From IMG/VR virus record IMGVR_UViG_3300035502_001274, positions 96,001 to 160,000 of that record: a stretch of 64,000 bases of DNA; one strand, 5' to 3'. Of this stretch, positions 39,052 through 49,780 are shown piece after piece. Source of the DNA: a virus (taxonomy: Duplodnaviria > Caudoviricetes). Positions within the stretch are counted from its first letter, which is position 1, and the number at the start of each line of letters is the position of its first letter. A model generated the notes under the pieces. The model searched no databases, was not told where the DNA came from, and saw nothing but the letters and a program-made list of their open reading frames with translations. The position numbers were made by a program, and so were the translations under genes.

Positions 39052-39849
39052 ATGAAAAAGACCACAAATACTGACGTTGAGGCATTGGCATCCGAAATCA
39101 TGGAGGCTGAGGGAGACAGTTCTAAGGCTCCCGAGCCCAACGAGACCACTGAAGAAGTGGTGGATGCAACGCCAACCGTTGTGAAAATGCCGGTGCATAA
39201 GTCGGCAGACCTGATTGTGACCAACGAAGATGTCCTCAAAGCTGTCAAGCTCAATGTGGATAACATCAACGATGGGACACTGTATGACTACGGCATTGCG
39301 TACATCGCTTATCCCTATTACTACATCTATAGAGGGACGACCCTGACCACAGAGTTTGAGCACCGTCTGCCGGGTATCTATCTGACACCCGACGACCGCT
39401 ATCTTTGGATTCCCGTGACTCCTGGCAATGAAGATGACCAGTGGATGGTGGATGACAAGTTCGCCACCGCCGACATGAAGTCCATTGTGGATGTGCTGAT
39501 TGATCGGGAAGACATCAGCTTAAACATCCCTGATTCCGGTAAGGTGTTCCGGCCTGAAGAGACCGAGACTGACGATATCTTGAAGAGACTCATTAAGCGT
39601 GTCTTGAAGAGCAAGGATATCGACATCGATGCTTATAAGGCACGTTTTGCAGATAAGAATGCGCTGTTTAACTTCAAGCAGGTCATCAAGGGCGATGGCA
39701 AGTTGTCCATGCTCCTCTTTGAGAGAGGCTGTAACGCGCTCAATCTGAAGTATACCATTACCCTGGAAGAAATCGATCCTCGTGGAAGCGTGGGAACGCC
39801 TCTGGTGAATCCCGTGAAGATCTCCTCCGAGGATTCCTATAACGTGTAA
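39052..39849 (+). CDS. hypothetical protein
   Basis: Early motif at 38983, RBS. Confidence 0.75.
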   Translation: MKKTTNTDVEALASEIMEAEGDSSKAPEPNETTEEVVDATPTVVKMPVHKSADLIVTNEDVLKAVKLNVDNINDGTLYDYGIAYIAYPYYYIYRGTTLTTEFEHRLPGIYLTPDDRYLWIPVTPGNEDDQWMVDDKFATADMKSIVDVLIDREDISLNIPDSGKVFRPEETETDDILKRLIKRVLKSKDIDIDAYKARFADKNALFNFKQVIKGDGKLSMLLFERGCNALNLKYTITLEEIDPRGSVGTPLVNPVKISSEDSYNV

Positions 39850-39867
39850 GAAAGGCAGGCAAGAATT

Positions 39868-40533
39868 ATGGCAGAACCCTTTGGCATCGCTCAACTTAGC
39901 GATGAACTTCGCACCGAGCTGAAGAATCATACGCAACAGGAAGTGGAATCTTCTGAATCCCGCATGAACGATGCAATGCAGAGGATGCGCCAGAGTATTC
40001 TTGACCATGACAGGGTGAGCAAAGCGCTCACCCTGTTAAGCCGTCAAGAAGAACTGAATCGCAAACGTAACTCGGTATATGCTGATATTCGCAAGACTGA
40101 AGATCGGATGACGGACATTCAGATTTATAAGGTCATTCCCGATATCTCCCGGCCGACATTCGCCACTCTCATCATCGTTTTTCTTTTGGAATTTTGCTTC
40201 CAAACTGGCTTTGATCTATGGCTGTCCATGGGTATTGGCGCTGCTTGTGCCATCGCAGTTGGCCTAATTACCTGCATCGCCATCGATGTCGAACATCAGA
40301 TTGAAATGCGGAAGCTGAAGAAAGAAGATCGGCGACTGCATAAAGAACTGAATGACCTTGATAACGAATACAGCAAGAATCATGCAGACCCGGATTTCCA
40401 ATACATCTATCAACATGGCTGCGAAGACATCATGCGCGAGCGGCCCATTCGTGACATTTTGGAGATCATGGATGGCGGCGAACACATCACACTGGAGGAG
40501 GCATTAGCCGAATATGGACAAGAAACTGAATGA
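39868..40533 (+). CDS. coiled-coil 2-TM membrane protein
   Basis: Coiled coil - TM hairpin - coiled coil architecture. Confidence 0.65.
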   Translation: MAEPFGIAQLSDELRTELKNHTQQEVESSESRMNDAMQRMRQSILDHDRVSKALTLLSRQEELNRKRNSVYADIRKTEDRMTDIQIYKVIPDISRPTFATLIIVFLLEFCFQTGFDLWLSMGIGAACAIAVGLITCIAIDVEHQIEMRKLKKEDRRLHKELNDLDNEYSKNHADPDFQYIYQHGCEDIMRERPIRDILEIMDGGEHITLEEALAEYGQETE

Positions 40534-41134
40534 TAGAAACGACGTTCTGACCGTTGATGAAGCGATGGAGTTTGCAAAGCTGATGACGCTACTTCATCAC
40601 GATTATGAATGCGCTATGATTACGGAGCGTATGAATGAGAAGCTCAATCAAAATAACACACTCCGTCGCATGCGGATTGAAGAGCGTGATGAAGTCACTA
40701 AGATGCCCAAGTGGCCTTTCGCTCTTACGGCAGCCACCGCCATCATTATAGCGACAATCGTCAATCTGGCAACTGGCGACATTTTCACGATGTCACTCTC
40801 AAGGTGGCTCTGTCAATCCGCCGGATGTGGTATTGCTTCATGTATCTGTGAGTATTTCCAACTCAAGCACAAGCTCAGAGCTATTGAACTCAACTATGAG
40901 ATGGAGCTCAGAGCTCTCGATCATTCCAGTAGTGAAGCTGACCATCTCTATACGCTGGCCATTACCGATACCAACTACGCACTGTTTAGTGGCACTGCAG
41001 TAAAGTATGGTCTTAGAGCATCATCTTACACTATCAATGAGGTCATTAAATTGGCATATAAGTATCCGAAGTTGAGCGTGGATGACCTCGTTAAAAAGTA
41101 CAGTGAAGACGTGGGAAAGACCTTCCTTGTCTGA
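40514..41134 (+). CDS. coiled-coil 2-TM membrane protein (probable paralog of the upstream gene)
   Basis: Same architecture as 39868-40533. Confidence 0.65.
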   Translation: MDKKLNDRNDVLTVDEAMEFAKLMTLLHHDYECAMITERMNEKLNQNNTLRRMRIEERDEVTKMPKWPFALTAATAIIIATIVNLATGDIFTMSLSRWLCQSAGCGIASCICEYFQLKHKLRAIELNYEMELRALDHSSSEADHLYTLAITDTNYALFSGTAVKYGLRASSYTINEVIKLAYKYPKLSVDDLVKKYSEDVGKTFLV

Positions 41135-41192
41135 TCCTACTTCTTCCCAGACAAGCTACGTAATTTCCAATAAGAAATGAGGTCATTCTATC

Positions 41193-43847
41193 ATGCGTAT
41201 CGAGAAATTACACATGAAGAATTTTGCCCCCATTTTCGTAGCTCTTGATAAGTCCGAAGTGACTCTGGATTACTCTGACCGAAAAGACAAGATCATCAAC
41301 ATCTTCATCGGCCAGATGGGCAGTTGCAAGACCTTTCTGTTAGGTCACCATCAGCCATTTGCCACTTTAGGCAATTTGGACGTACGCAACGCTGAAGACC
41401 TGGTGCTTGAAGGCAAGCAGGGAATCAAAGAGATCGTCTACACTCGTGGAGACGATCTCTTTGAAATCACCCATGTCTATACACCGGCAAAGAATACCCA
41501 CACCATCAAGAGCTATATCAAGAAAAATGGGGTTGAATTAAACGAGAATGGAAACTCCTCGTCCTTCAAGGTCATCATAGAGACTGAATTTGGACTGGAC
41601 CAGAGTTTCCTCAAACTCTTCCGTATCGGCTCCAACGTCACCAATCTTCCTGATATGACGGCGTCCGAACGGAAGACCTTCATCAGCTCTATGCTCTCCG
41701 ATACCGAAGTCTATCTCCACCTTTATAAGAAGATTGGAGAGGAGAGCAGAGCCATCAACGCACAGACCACCATTCTCATCAATAAGCTCCATATGATTTC
41801 CAATCAGCCTCTGAGCCAATTGGAGCATGAAGCAGAAGTTGAAGAAGAGCTGTGTAAAGAGACGCAGGGCCAGATTGAAGAGGCTACCAAAGAGCGCTAT
41901 AAGCTAGAAGGTACGATCAATGCCCTGCGCAATGACATGAGCGAAGAAGCTTATGCCAGCTACCATCAGAACCTGATTACCCAGACAGCCCTGATCGACA
42001 AGGAGATTGCCGATAAGACCGCTGAGCTGGATTCCATCAAGGATTACCCAGACCCTAAGCAAGTGAGCGATTCCATTGCGGCTTGCAATGCTCGTATCAG
42101 TCTTCGAATGTCTCAGAAGATCGAATACCAGAAGAAGATCAATGAAGATACCTCTGAACGAGATCGTCTCAGAGACCAACTGGCGGTGATTGGCTCCCAA
42201 GATCACATCGAGACCTTGAGAGCTACCTATCAAAACCTGCTGGGAACCCTCAATAGTTACACCGAAAAGCTGAAGCACTTTGCATATCAAGGTTCTATGG
42301 GTTCCATTATTAGCATGACATCTGAGTTGTCCAATCTGGATTCTCTCATCAATGACGTTGGACAGTATAACGCAGATGCCATCAAAGCCATTCTCCGGAA
42401 TAAGAGAGGCGCTCTGCATCGAGCTGAACGAGAAGTGGCCGCTGCACAGAAAGCACGGGATAAGGTCCAGCAGGAAATGACCAATATCCGTCAAGTAACG
42501 CTGTATAAGTCCACCCATGTGATGGTTCGACCTTTCAATTGTCCAACGCCTGATTGTCCCTATTACAAGTATCATCCTCTGACAGAGCAAAAGGCCCAAC
42601 TTCATACCAATGTGGACAAGGTCTTCCTGGAGAAGCAGAATGAGCTGCGTCATTTGGAAGCTCACATCTATCTCTATGAGGAGTTTCCCAATATCGCTCG
42701 AAAGCTGGATACCATCAAGGCGATCTGGAATGCTATCCATGAAGAGGCCAAAGACCTGGGTGTCTTGAAAGAGGACGATCTGGAAGAGATCATTACCAAT
42801 CTCATGCATCGGCAATGGTATGATCCTTCTAGGCTGCAGCGCATCAAAGAGCTCTGCGGTATTCGAGAGCAATGCTATGAGCTCACCGAGAAAGTGGCTT
42901 CTATGCGGAAGAGCTTGACCGATTATGAGTCTTCCAATGTTGAGCAGCTTAAGCAGAATCTCGAGCAGGCCATGCAACGTCTCCAAGAGAACATGAAAGC
43001 GTATGAAGCTCTCGAAGAAGCGAACCGCCAAGACAATGAAGAACTCGAGAAACTCAACGACGCTTATCTCAAAATCTCCTCGATGGAGAAGACCAAAAGA
43101 GAGTTGGAAGCCCTTGAAAATCAGTCCAAGGGTAACCACACGGACCTTGCTAAAATAGAGGCAAATTTGGAGAATATAGCCTCTCAGACCTCAGCAGTTG
43201 CCGACATAAAAATGACCCTTCATCAGCTAAATGATGCTTATAGAGTTCACGCAAGTAGCCTCGAAAAGCTCAAAAGAAAGATTGCGGACATCAAGTTGAC
43301 TACTGATCAATATGAAGATACCCTGAAGAGGAAGCAACTCATTCAGGATATCTTGGATGCAGTATCTTCCAAGAAGGGCATTCCTCTGGCATATGTCAAG
43401 CTTTTCCTCGTGGATTGCAAAGATGACCTCAATGACCTGATCAGTGACGTCTTTGATGACTCCATCGAGATTCAGGACTTTGATATCCCAGAGGACGGTA
43501 CCGAGTTCAATATCCCCTATACCCGCAATGGCACCCTGATTGACGATATCAACAAAAGTTCTCAGGGAGAGCGTGCCATTATCTCGCTGGCGTTGTCCTT
43601 TGCACTCATAAGACAGCGTGCTTTCACCTATAACATCATTCTGCTCGATGAGGTGGATGGCCCCTTACATAAGTCTGCCAGACACAAATTCCTAATGATA
43701 CTTTTCAAGCAACTTCAGGCAATCAATGCCGAACAGGTTTTCATTGTGTCGCACAATAACACCTTTGACGGTTACAATGTCAACGTGATCAAAACCACCG
43801 ATGAGCTGGTGGATGAAAATCCATTGACCACTGTCATGCGTGTTTGA
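41193..43847 (+). CDS. sbcC: SbcC/Rad50-like SMC ATPase
   Basis: Walker A GQMGSCKT, long coiled coils, central CPTPDC hook, signature SSQGE, Walker B LLDE, VSH. Confidence 0.9.
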   Translation: MRIEKLHMKNFAPIFVALDKSEVTLDYSDRKDKIINIFIGQMGSCKTFLLGHHQPFATLGNLDVRNAEDLVLEGKQGIKEIVYTRGDDLFEITHVYTPAKNTHTIKSYIKKNGVELNENGNSSSFKVIIETEFGLDQSFLKLFRIGSNVTNLPDMTASERKTFISSMLSDTEVYLHLYKKIGEESRAINAQTTILINKLHMISNQPLSQLEHEAEVEEELCKETQGQIEEATKERYKLEGTINALRNDMSEEAYASYHQNLITQTALIDKEIADKTAELDSIKDYPDPKQVSDSIAACNARISLRMSQKIEYQKKINEDTSERDRLRDQLAVIGSQDHIETLRATYQNLLGTLNSYTEKLKHFAYQGSMGSIISMTSELSNLDSLINDVGQYNADAIKAILRNKRGALHRAEREVAAAQKARDKVQQEMTNIRQVTLYKSTHVMVRPFNCPTPDCPYYKYHPLTEQKAQLHTNVDKVFLEKQNELRHLEAHIYLYEEFPNIARKLDTIKAIWNAIHEEAKDLGVLKEDDLEEIITNLMHRQWYDPSRLQRIKELCGIREQCYELTEKVASMRKSLTDYESSNVEQLKQNLEQAMQRLQENMKAYEALEEANRQDNEELEKLNDAYLKISSMEKTKRELEALENQSKGNHTDLAKIEANLENIASQTSAVADIKMTLHQLNDAYRVHASSLEKLKRKIADIKLTTDQYEDTLKRKQLIQDILDAVSSKKGIPLAYVKLFLVDCKDDLNDLISDVFDDSIEIQDFDIPEDGTEFNIPYTRNGTLIDDINKSSQGERAIISLALSFALIRQRAFTYNIILLDEVDGPLHKSARHKFLMILFKQLQAINAEQVFIVSHNNTFDGYNVNVIKTTDELVDENPLTTVMRV

Positions 43848-44368
43848 AGAAGGGACTGATCATCATCGTCGAATCTGTCATTATGACGCAGGCAGGCGAG
43901 ATGAATCAACCGTGGTATGGGCTGATCATGAAGTATGATCAGCCCTCCGCCATGGTCATCATTGTAAAGATTGAGCGTCATATTCTTTTTCTTGATCCTG
44001 CCGCACTATCCAGAGGCTCGATTCATATCCGCAATTACATGTCATTTGCCACCAAGTACAACGACGAGACGGAAGCTTGCCAAATGTTTGATAGGATGCT
44101 GGGTGAGACTTCTAGAAAGCCTTCTAGCGCATCCATCTTCCGCAATACAGGAGAAAAGATCGTATATCCTGCTGGACTTGTCAAGATTGTACGAGAGTTT
44201 CCCATCGATGATGGACAATTCTTTGCGACGGCTGCCACGCGGAATGCGCTGGCTCAGGTCTATGGCACCGAGAGACAGATCACCTCTCGTGAGAAACATC
44301 TCCAGCGGGAGCTCGACGCAGCCCATCACAAGAGAAAGAAGAAAAAGCGCATCCTGCCTGATTACTAA
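43844..44368 (+). CDS. hypothetical protein
   Basis: 174-aa ORF overlapping the sbcC stop. Confidence 0.55.
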   Translation: MKKGLIIIVESVIMTQAGEMNQPWYGLIMKYDQPSAMVIIVKIERHILFLDPAALSRGSIHIRNYMSFATKYNDETEACQMFDRMLGETSRKPSSASIFRNTGEKIVYPAGLVKIVREFPIDDGQFFATAATRNALAQVYGTERQITSREKHLQRELDAAHHKRKKKKRILPDY

Positions 44369-44409
44369 AGAAAGATCCATATCCAATTTGGATATGGATC
44401 TTTCAGTTG

Positions 44410-45048
44410 TCAGCTTTCGGCAGCAGCCGTTGCAGAGTAGTCATAGGTGCCATCCAACATCGCAGCACCCACCTCAGCAGTTCCCCAAGTGGCAATATCG
44501 CCCTCAATTTGACTGACGCTATTGCTCAGGCCTTCGACCTTCTTCTTGAGCGTTTCGAACTCATCGGGTTGAACGACCTCGGGGTCTTCAGTATTGATGC
44601 CGCCAGACTGCATGGGCTTGGGAGACCAGGCAGACCAGGTATCGCCCTCATCAGAGGAGAATCGAACCCAAACGTCGCCCAGGCCTTCCACCACTTGATA
44701 CAGAACGCCATCTTTGGTGTAAACTGTGATCTTGGTGGGAGTAACGCCTTGCAGGTCTTCGGGTAGATCAGTGGCGCTAATGTAATTCGATGTGTATTCG
44801 CCGGGGTCAACCAGGCCATCGATATTGGCAGGCTTGCTCTCGGTGGACTGTACCACCTTGACGCCACCCACTTCGTCAACGTTCAGATCGATGGCCTTTT
44901 TGAGGGCTTGCTCCACGACCTCGCCAGACCATGGCAGATGATAATCGGGAGTTTTGGCAATGCTACCAGTGCTTTCAGCAGAGGAAGCCATAGCCGTACG
45001 TTCAGCTGTGGTGGAGAGCGTAACGGCAGAAGAGCTTGTAACAGCCAT
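44410..45048 (-). CDS. tail-fibre-related protein (knob-like domain)
   Basis: Paralog of 34482-35018; late GACA-N6-TA motif at 45098. Confidence 0.55.
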   Translation of the reverse strand: MAVTSSSAVTLSTTAERTAMASSAESTGSIAKTPDYHLPWSGEVVEQALKKAIDLNVDEVGGVKVVQSTESKPANIDGLVDPGEYTSNYISATDLPEDLQGVTPTKITVYTKDGVLYQVVEGLGDVWVRFSSDEGDTWSAWSPKPMQSGGINTEDPEVVQPDEFETLKKKVEGLSNSVSQIEGDIATWGTAEVGAAMLDGTYDYSATAAAES

Positions 45049-45245
45049 AGTATTTTAACCTCCTATGAAAGGATTCAATGCTAAGCAGGGATAACGTTAA
45101 GGCGTTGTCGCAATTTACCGTATTTCGCTGGATTTCTCCTGTATATCATTATTATGAAGAAGGACGAAAGAATCGAGGGCAACTCGAGAGCTTTCGATTC
45201 TCCTCTTCAAAAATTTACATTGGCTAAAAGCCAGGAGGAATCATC

Positions 45246-45578
45246 ATGAACACCAATAAGAAGAACGCGAGCATCAAGGCTATCCGTGGAACCCTGTCCT
45301 ACGTGTGCGGAATCACGACCCTGATTCTGGGAACCAGTTCGGCCATCGCATCCGGCGCCCGTATTAAGACCCATGAGAAAGGCTCCATCAAGGGAACCAT
45401 CAATGGCCTGTTTCTCAGCGCCGTTGGCATGGGCGCCATGATCCTGGGGCAGGATGACATGTGCGACGGGCTCGTCGAGTACTCCGAAGCGCGCACCGCC
45501 GAGAAGGAAGCTGCGGACTTCGCCGATGATGTCGCAGCTGAGCAGCAGAAAACCATCGCCGTTGAGTTCGGCAAGTAA
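45246..45578 (+). CDS. small early membrane-associated protein
   Basis: Early motif at 45143, aggagg RBS. Confidence 0.65.
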   Translation: MNTNKKNASIKAIRGTLSYVCGITTLILGTSSAIASGARIKTHEKGSIKGTINGLFLSAVGMGAMILGQDDMCDGLVEYSEARTAEKEAADFADDVAAEQQKTIAVEFGK

Positions 45579-45744
45579 TACCCAGCATCCAGCGGGTTCC
45601 ATTTTATTGGGATCCGCTGGGCAAAACCTCCGCAAAACACACATTCCCTGAATCGCATATTATTTCTGTGAGAAGGAGAGCGAAAATTCTTTACAATCGC
45701 CCTCTAAAATTTGTGAAGGCTATTAAGCCAGAAAGGAAAACATC

Positions 45745-46548
45745 ATGTTTACTTCTAAGAAATTTGCCAAGTCCGCCGCTCGTACCAGCATCCAGCATAC
45801 GTTTAACCAGACCGCAAACGTCCCCGGCTACACCGAGACCGCCAACGCGTTCAAGATCTTCATCCAGTCCACAAAGGATGTCTCCAACATCGGTGGCATT
45901 CGCCAGTCGATCTTGCTGCTCGGCAGCAAGAATCCGGCGTTCACCGCTCTCTACGGCGCCAAGTTCTTCATCGTCGGCAAGAGCTTCATGGCCGCGTCCC
46001 ACAAGGAGCAGCTGTGCATGATCGCCAATGAGCTGATGCGGAACGGGGAGTGCGATCAGGCCAACGCCATTTTGACCGCGGTCAGCACTCACAACTACAG
46101 CACCATTCTGGCTCGTGCGGATATGGCCGATGTCGACCTGGCCGACGGTGTTGCGACTCCCAATGACCTGGCTGATCGCCGGGTTGCGCTGTCTGGTGCC
46201 TTTGGAGCTCGCACGGCTAAGAAGGTCGTCTCGACTGAGGTGCGCAAAGCCATGCATGACAGCACCATCGACGCCACTGTTGTCGCCAAGGCCGGCAAGG
46301 TGGAGAAGACCTTGTACAACAAGAAGACCTGGAAGCCCGCCGTCAAGTCTGCCAAGGTTTTCAACGATGCTGCGATGAAGGGCGTCAAGACCGAGGCTAA
46401 GACTGCGAAGGCTCAGGCTAAGGCCGACGCGAGAGTTGCCAAGCAGGCTGCCAAGGCCGCTCCCGTCGACCTGGAGCAGGAAGCTGCCGACATCGATGTC
46501 GAGATTGTCAACGACATGGGTGCCGAGGCTGCGGCCGCTGCTTGCTAA
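45745..46548 (+). CDS. Ala/Lys-rich early protein
   Basis: ATATTATT at 45657, strong codon bias, basic AK-rich region. Confidence 0.7.
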   Translation: MFTSKKFAKSAARTSIQHTFNQTANVPGYTETANAFKIFIQSTKDVSNIGGIRQSILLLGSKNPAFTALYGAKFFIVGKSFMAASHKEQLCMIANELMRNGECDQANAILTAVSTHNYSTILARADMADVDLADGVATPNDLADRRVALSGAFGARTAKKVVSTEVRKAMHDSTIDATVVAKAGKVEKTLYNKKTWKPAVKSAKVFNDAAMKGVKTEAKTAKAQAKADARVAKQAAKAAPVDLEQEAADIDVEIVNDMGAEAAAAAC

Positions 46549-46685
46549 AGCACATAAGAGTGCCTACCTAGGAAACTAGGTAGGCACTCTTCAAGTTAAA
46601 TTCAAAATAATAATTTCTTTTTTAACGGGATCGGTAAACCAAATATCATCACTATGAGAACGCATAGGAAAGGAGGAATTATTTT

Positions 46686-47780
46686 ATGCTCTCATTTAAA
46701 CCTGTAAGCCGTATTCTGTGTATTGATGGAGTGGACGGATGCGGCAAAGGCACTATCACCCAACTCATTCTGAAGCGTCTGACTGAGGAGGGGCACTCCG
46801 TCGCCGTCATTGAACCGCCCTTCTACAACACCAATACTGGAAAGGCAGTCAGTGAGTACCTCACCAAAGGTTATGGCTGTATCAAGGATCGCCGCGTCGC
46901 GTCCATGCTCTACAGCAATGACCGCAACATGTACTACCGGGAGCACTTCGATGAAATCTTCACGAGCGGTAAGTACGACATCGTGCTCTACAACAGAAAC
47001 TGGCTGAGCAACATCTTCTTCCAGACGACCGTTGTCTGCCAGTCTCCCGAAGACACATCGGTCATCCTTGGCGAGCCCTATAAAATCCAGACCCATGCCT
47101 TGGGTAACTTTATATCTGCATCTCTCCCCATCCTTCACACATTCTGCAGTGACGTCTATCGTGACCTGGTGGATAGCAAGACGCTCGAGTTGCTGGGAAC
47201 CGACGCTGAAGGCGTCCAAAAGCTTTATGAAGATCATCGTGAGCAGTATACCAGACTGGTCGATATCTACAACGATCTGCGAAGCCAGATGGTTCGCCAG
47301 ATGGTAAAGCTCATGTACGATACGGAGATTGCGCCCTGGGGTATTGTCGAGGATAACGTCACGTACCCCTTCGTGGATTTCAGTATTTGCCGCAATGTGG
47401 TTCTGACACCTGCTGCGAATGAGCGCTGCCTGAAATATGTCCATGATAATCTCATGAAGCGCTATGAAGGCGACGCCACCAAGATGGATCGTAATGAGCA
47501 GAGTGCCAACTATCTGCTGGCAGTCATTGAGAATATCCACTGGATCCAGAAGCACTTCAAAGAGATCTTCTTCCAGAGACGCTACTCAAGCACTGAACTC
47601 GGGCAGTACGTCATTACACCCGAGCATAACGGCATTCGCTGGTCTCTCGAGAGCTGGGTCAAAGACGAGTTCCAATATAGGATCATTCATACCAATAAGG
47701 AGCCCATCGAAGATCAAGTCGAACAGCGCCTCATCGACGAGATCGCCGATGAGGTCTATCATAAACTCATGGAGGAATAA
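46686..47780 (+). CDS. tmk: thymidylate kinase-like deoxynucleotide monophosphate kinase with large insertion
   Basis: IDGVDGCGKGT P-loop, EPP..Y...TG, ASMLY..DR, NRNWLSN, E...YL..V. Confidence 0.75.
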   Translation: MLSFKPVSRILCIDGVDGCGKGTITQLILKRLTEEGHSVAVIEPPFYNTNTGKAVSEYLTKGYGCIKDRRVASMLYSNDRNMYYREHFDEIFTSGKYDIVLYNRNWLSNIFFQTTVVCQSPEDTSVILGEPYKIQTHALGNFISASLPILHTFCSDVYRDLVDSKTLELLGTDAEGVQKLYEDHREQYTRLVDIYNDLRSQMVRQMVKLMYDTEIAPWGIVEDNVTYPFVDFSICRNVVLTPAANERCLKYVHDNLMKRYEGDATKMDRNEQSANYLLAVIENIHWIQKHFKEIFFQRRYSSTELGQYVITPEHNGIRWSLESWVKDEFQYRIIHTNKEPIEDQVEQRLIDEIADEVYHKLMEE

Positions 47781-47785
47781 CTGCA

Positions 47786-48778
47786 ATGATTAAATACTGG
47801 ATCAACGTTCATGACGTATTCACTGACACAGTCTTCAAGTATTGCAATGAAGGCTATGGAGACTGGAATAAAGTGACGTGCTGCAACGAACTGGTGCAGC
47901 ATATGATTGAGGTCCTTAAGAGCCATGGGAAATCGATCAGAGTTCTGGAGGGCCGTCCTATCAGTGACCCTGAGTTGATCGAATATGCAACTGATAACAG
48001 TACGGAGAAGTTGACGCTGCGTCTGGAGAATCAGGCCATTGTCGAAGATGCTCTGCAGCAGGGCATCGAAGAAGATGCCGTTATTTCCTTCTGCGGCAAC
48101 TTCATTCCGTTCGTGCTGGACATTGATAAGATCAACAGTTCGATGATGCGTGAATATACCACCAAAATCGATACGACTGGTGACGACCCCGCTGCCAAGG
48201 CTTGGCGTATGCGCAACGATAAGCACAGTGAACCCTTCTGGCGGGATCATATCATGTTTGACAGTAAGTGGAACTACAAGAAGTCACTGTTGCAGCGACG
48301 AGCCCTCATGCATGCGGTCAATTTCTTCAAGCATTCCTGGATGTTCGGAATGCCCGAGCTGGGAAAGGTGTATAGAGATGCCAACGGCGAGCCGATCGAG
48401 TGGCGAACTGTCAATCTGATCATCGGAAACCGGCTGGATATCTATGGCGGCGAAGTGCTCGCTGGCCGTATCGATGCCGATGCTCGAGCAGCCATGAAAG
48501 CTGACGGCATTGATGATAGTGCGATGGTCGAAGCTGCCGAAAACGTCAGGCACGGCCTGAATATCCTGGAGAAACAGTATTGGAATATCCGCGATTATTA
48601 TGATAACACGGATAAGTCCTATCTTTCCGAAGCCATGGGCTATTACCTGACATACTGCGCTATCCAGATTCTGCACTGTGATGACGATGGATATCTTGAG
48701 TCGCAGTGCATTGAAGACATTCATAGCGATATCTTCAACATGCTGGATACTATGATGGGTCTTACGCATCCGGCGTGA
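47786..48778 (+). CDS. hypothetical protein
   Basis: 330-aa ORF, ggagg RBS. Confidence 0.75.
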   Translation: MIKYWINVHDVFTDTVFKYCNEGYGDWNKVTCCNELVQHMIEVLKSHGKSIRVLEGRPISDPELIEYATDNSTEKLTLRLENQAIVEDALQQGIEEDAVISFCGNFIPFVLDIDKINSSMMREYTTKIDTTGDDPAAKAWRMRNDKHSEPFWRDHIMFDSKWNYKKSLLQRRALMHAVNFFKHSWMFGMPELGKVYRDANGEPIEWRTVNLIIGNRLDIYGGEVLAGRIDADARAAMKADGIDDSAMVEAAENVRHGLNILEKQYWNIRDYYDNTDKSYLSEAMGYYLTYCAIQILHCDDDGYLESQCIEDIHSDIFNMLDTMMGLTHPA

Positions 48779-48819
48779 CATAAAAAGAGAATTACCATTT
48801 CTGGTAATTCTCTTTTTTG

Positions 48820-49140
48820 GCCCAAGGGTAGTTCGGAAAGCCAGATATCTTGTGCGATGGGCTTAAGCGGTGCCCTACTACGAGACCCTTCTCCTCTCTG
48901 AAGACGGTTTCAAGTAGCCTACGCCTTGTCGATCCGGGCATACAGTAATGGTCACGCCCATTATATCACAGAATTCAGGAGTTGAACCGGCTCCCTCTGG
49001 ATGTTACTCACATACGACTCTTCCTGATGGAAGTCCCTATGCTTTCACAACACGTTCCATGATAACGGCACTGTACGTTGGTCCCACTGTCTAGCGGGGC
49101 ATTTATCCCTGCTGACCGCTAACTTGGCTCGGTAGAGCCT
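48820..49140 (-). ncRNA. candidate large structured ncRNA (~320 nt)
   Basis: No ORF, many consecutive hairpins; late-like TACA-N6-TA at 49141-49152 upstream and a terminator at 48785-48818 downstream. Confidence 0.45.
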
Positions 49141-49295
49141 TAAGACGTTGTAAAGTGCCCAAGAAATGACGTTAAAGCGCCCTCTGCACTCAAGAACGTG
49201 CAGAGGGCTTGTAGGATAGAGAGTTGTGTGTTGAGATTTGAGGTGGGCTTTATCGATTTTCAAGCTTACACCTTCGTACCCAGCTAAATATATTT

Positions 49296-49772
49296 TTATG
49301 AGAAGAGATCGATATTGATGTCGTCATTGCAAGTCTGCTTATTGACCACAATATCGGAGATATCCTGCTCATTGTCATCCAGTCGACTTTGCTCCAGAAG
49401 ACGGATCTCATTGATGACCGTCGTGACGCCCTTACTATAGAAGCGCACTTTGGAAGTCGGATGAAATTCCAGAGCTGATCTCATCTCGTTGGCATATAGC
49501 ACAAGATACCAATATTCAGGCTGACCATAAAGGTCATATGAAAATAGCCGTGGATTATATGCGTAGTAATCCTGCTCCCGCTGCGTTAATGCCACCGAGA
49601 CCAGATAAGCATTGAGCTCATTCTGGTACTTACTCAAAACCGTTTCATCGGTTAGAATCACAGCCAGGCTTCCATCAGAGATGGCCAACTTGGTAGTGAA
49701 TGCATCAACGGTATTGGCTTCATTGCGAAACTGGGAAATCCACTGCTCGAGGGTATAGGCACTGGTAGTCAT
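49296..49772 (-). CDS. baseplate wedge protein (gp53/LysM-like)
   Basis: P.LFSYDLYG.PEYWYLVLYAN motif. Confidence 0.7.
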   Translation of the reverse strand: MTTSAYTLEQWISQFRNEANTVDAFTTKLAISDGSLAVILTDETVLSKYQNELNAYLVSVALTQREQDYYAYNPRLFSYDLYGQPEYWYLVLYANEMRSALEFHPTSKVRFYSKGVTTVINEIRLLEQSRLDDNEQDISDIVVNKQTCNDDINIDLFS

Positions 49773-49780
49773 CTACAAAT

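Noticed and set aside
48975-49000. tRNA or tmRNA suggested by GGTTCAACTCC
   Set aside because: No cloverleaf, acceptor stem or CCA could be built.
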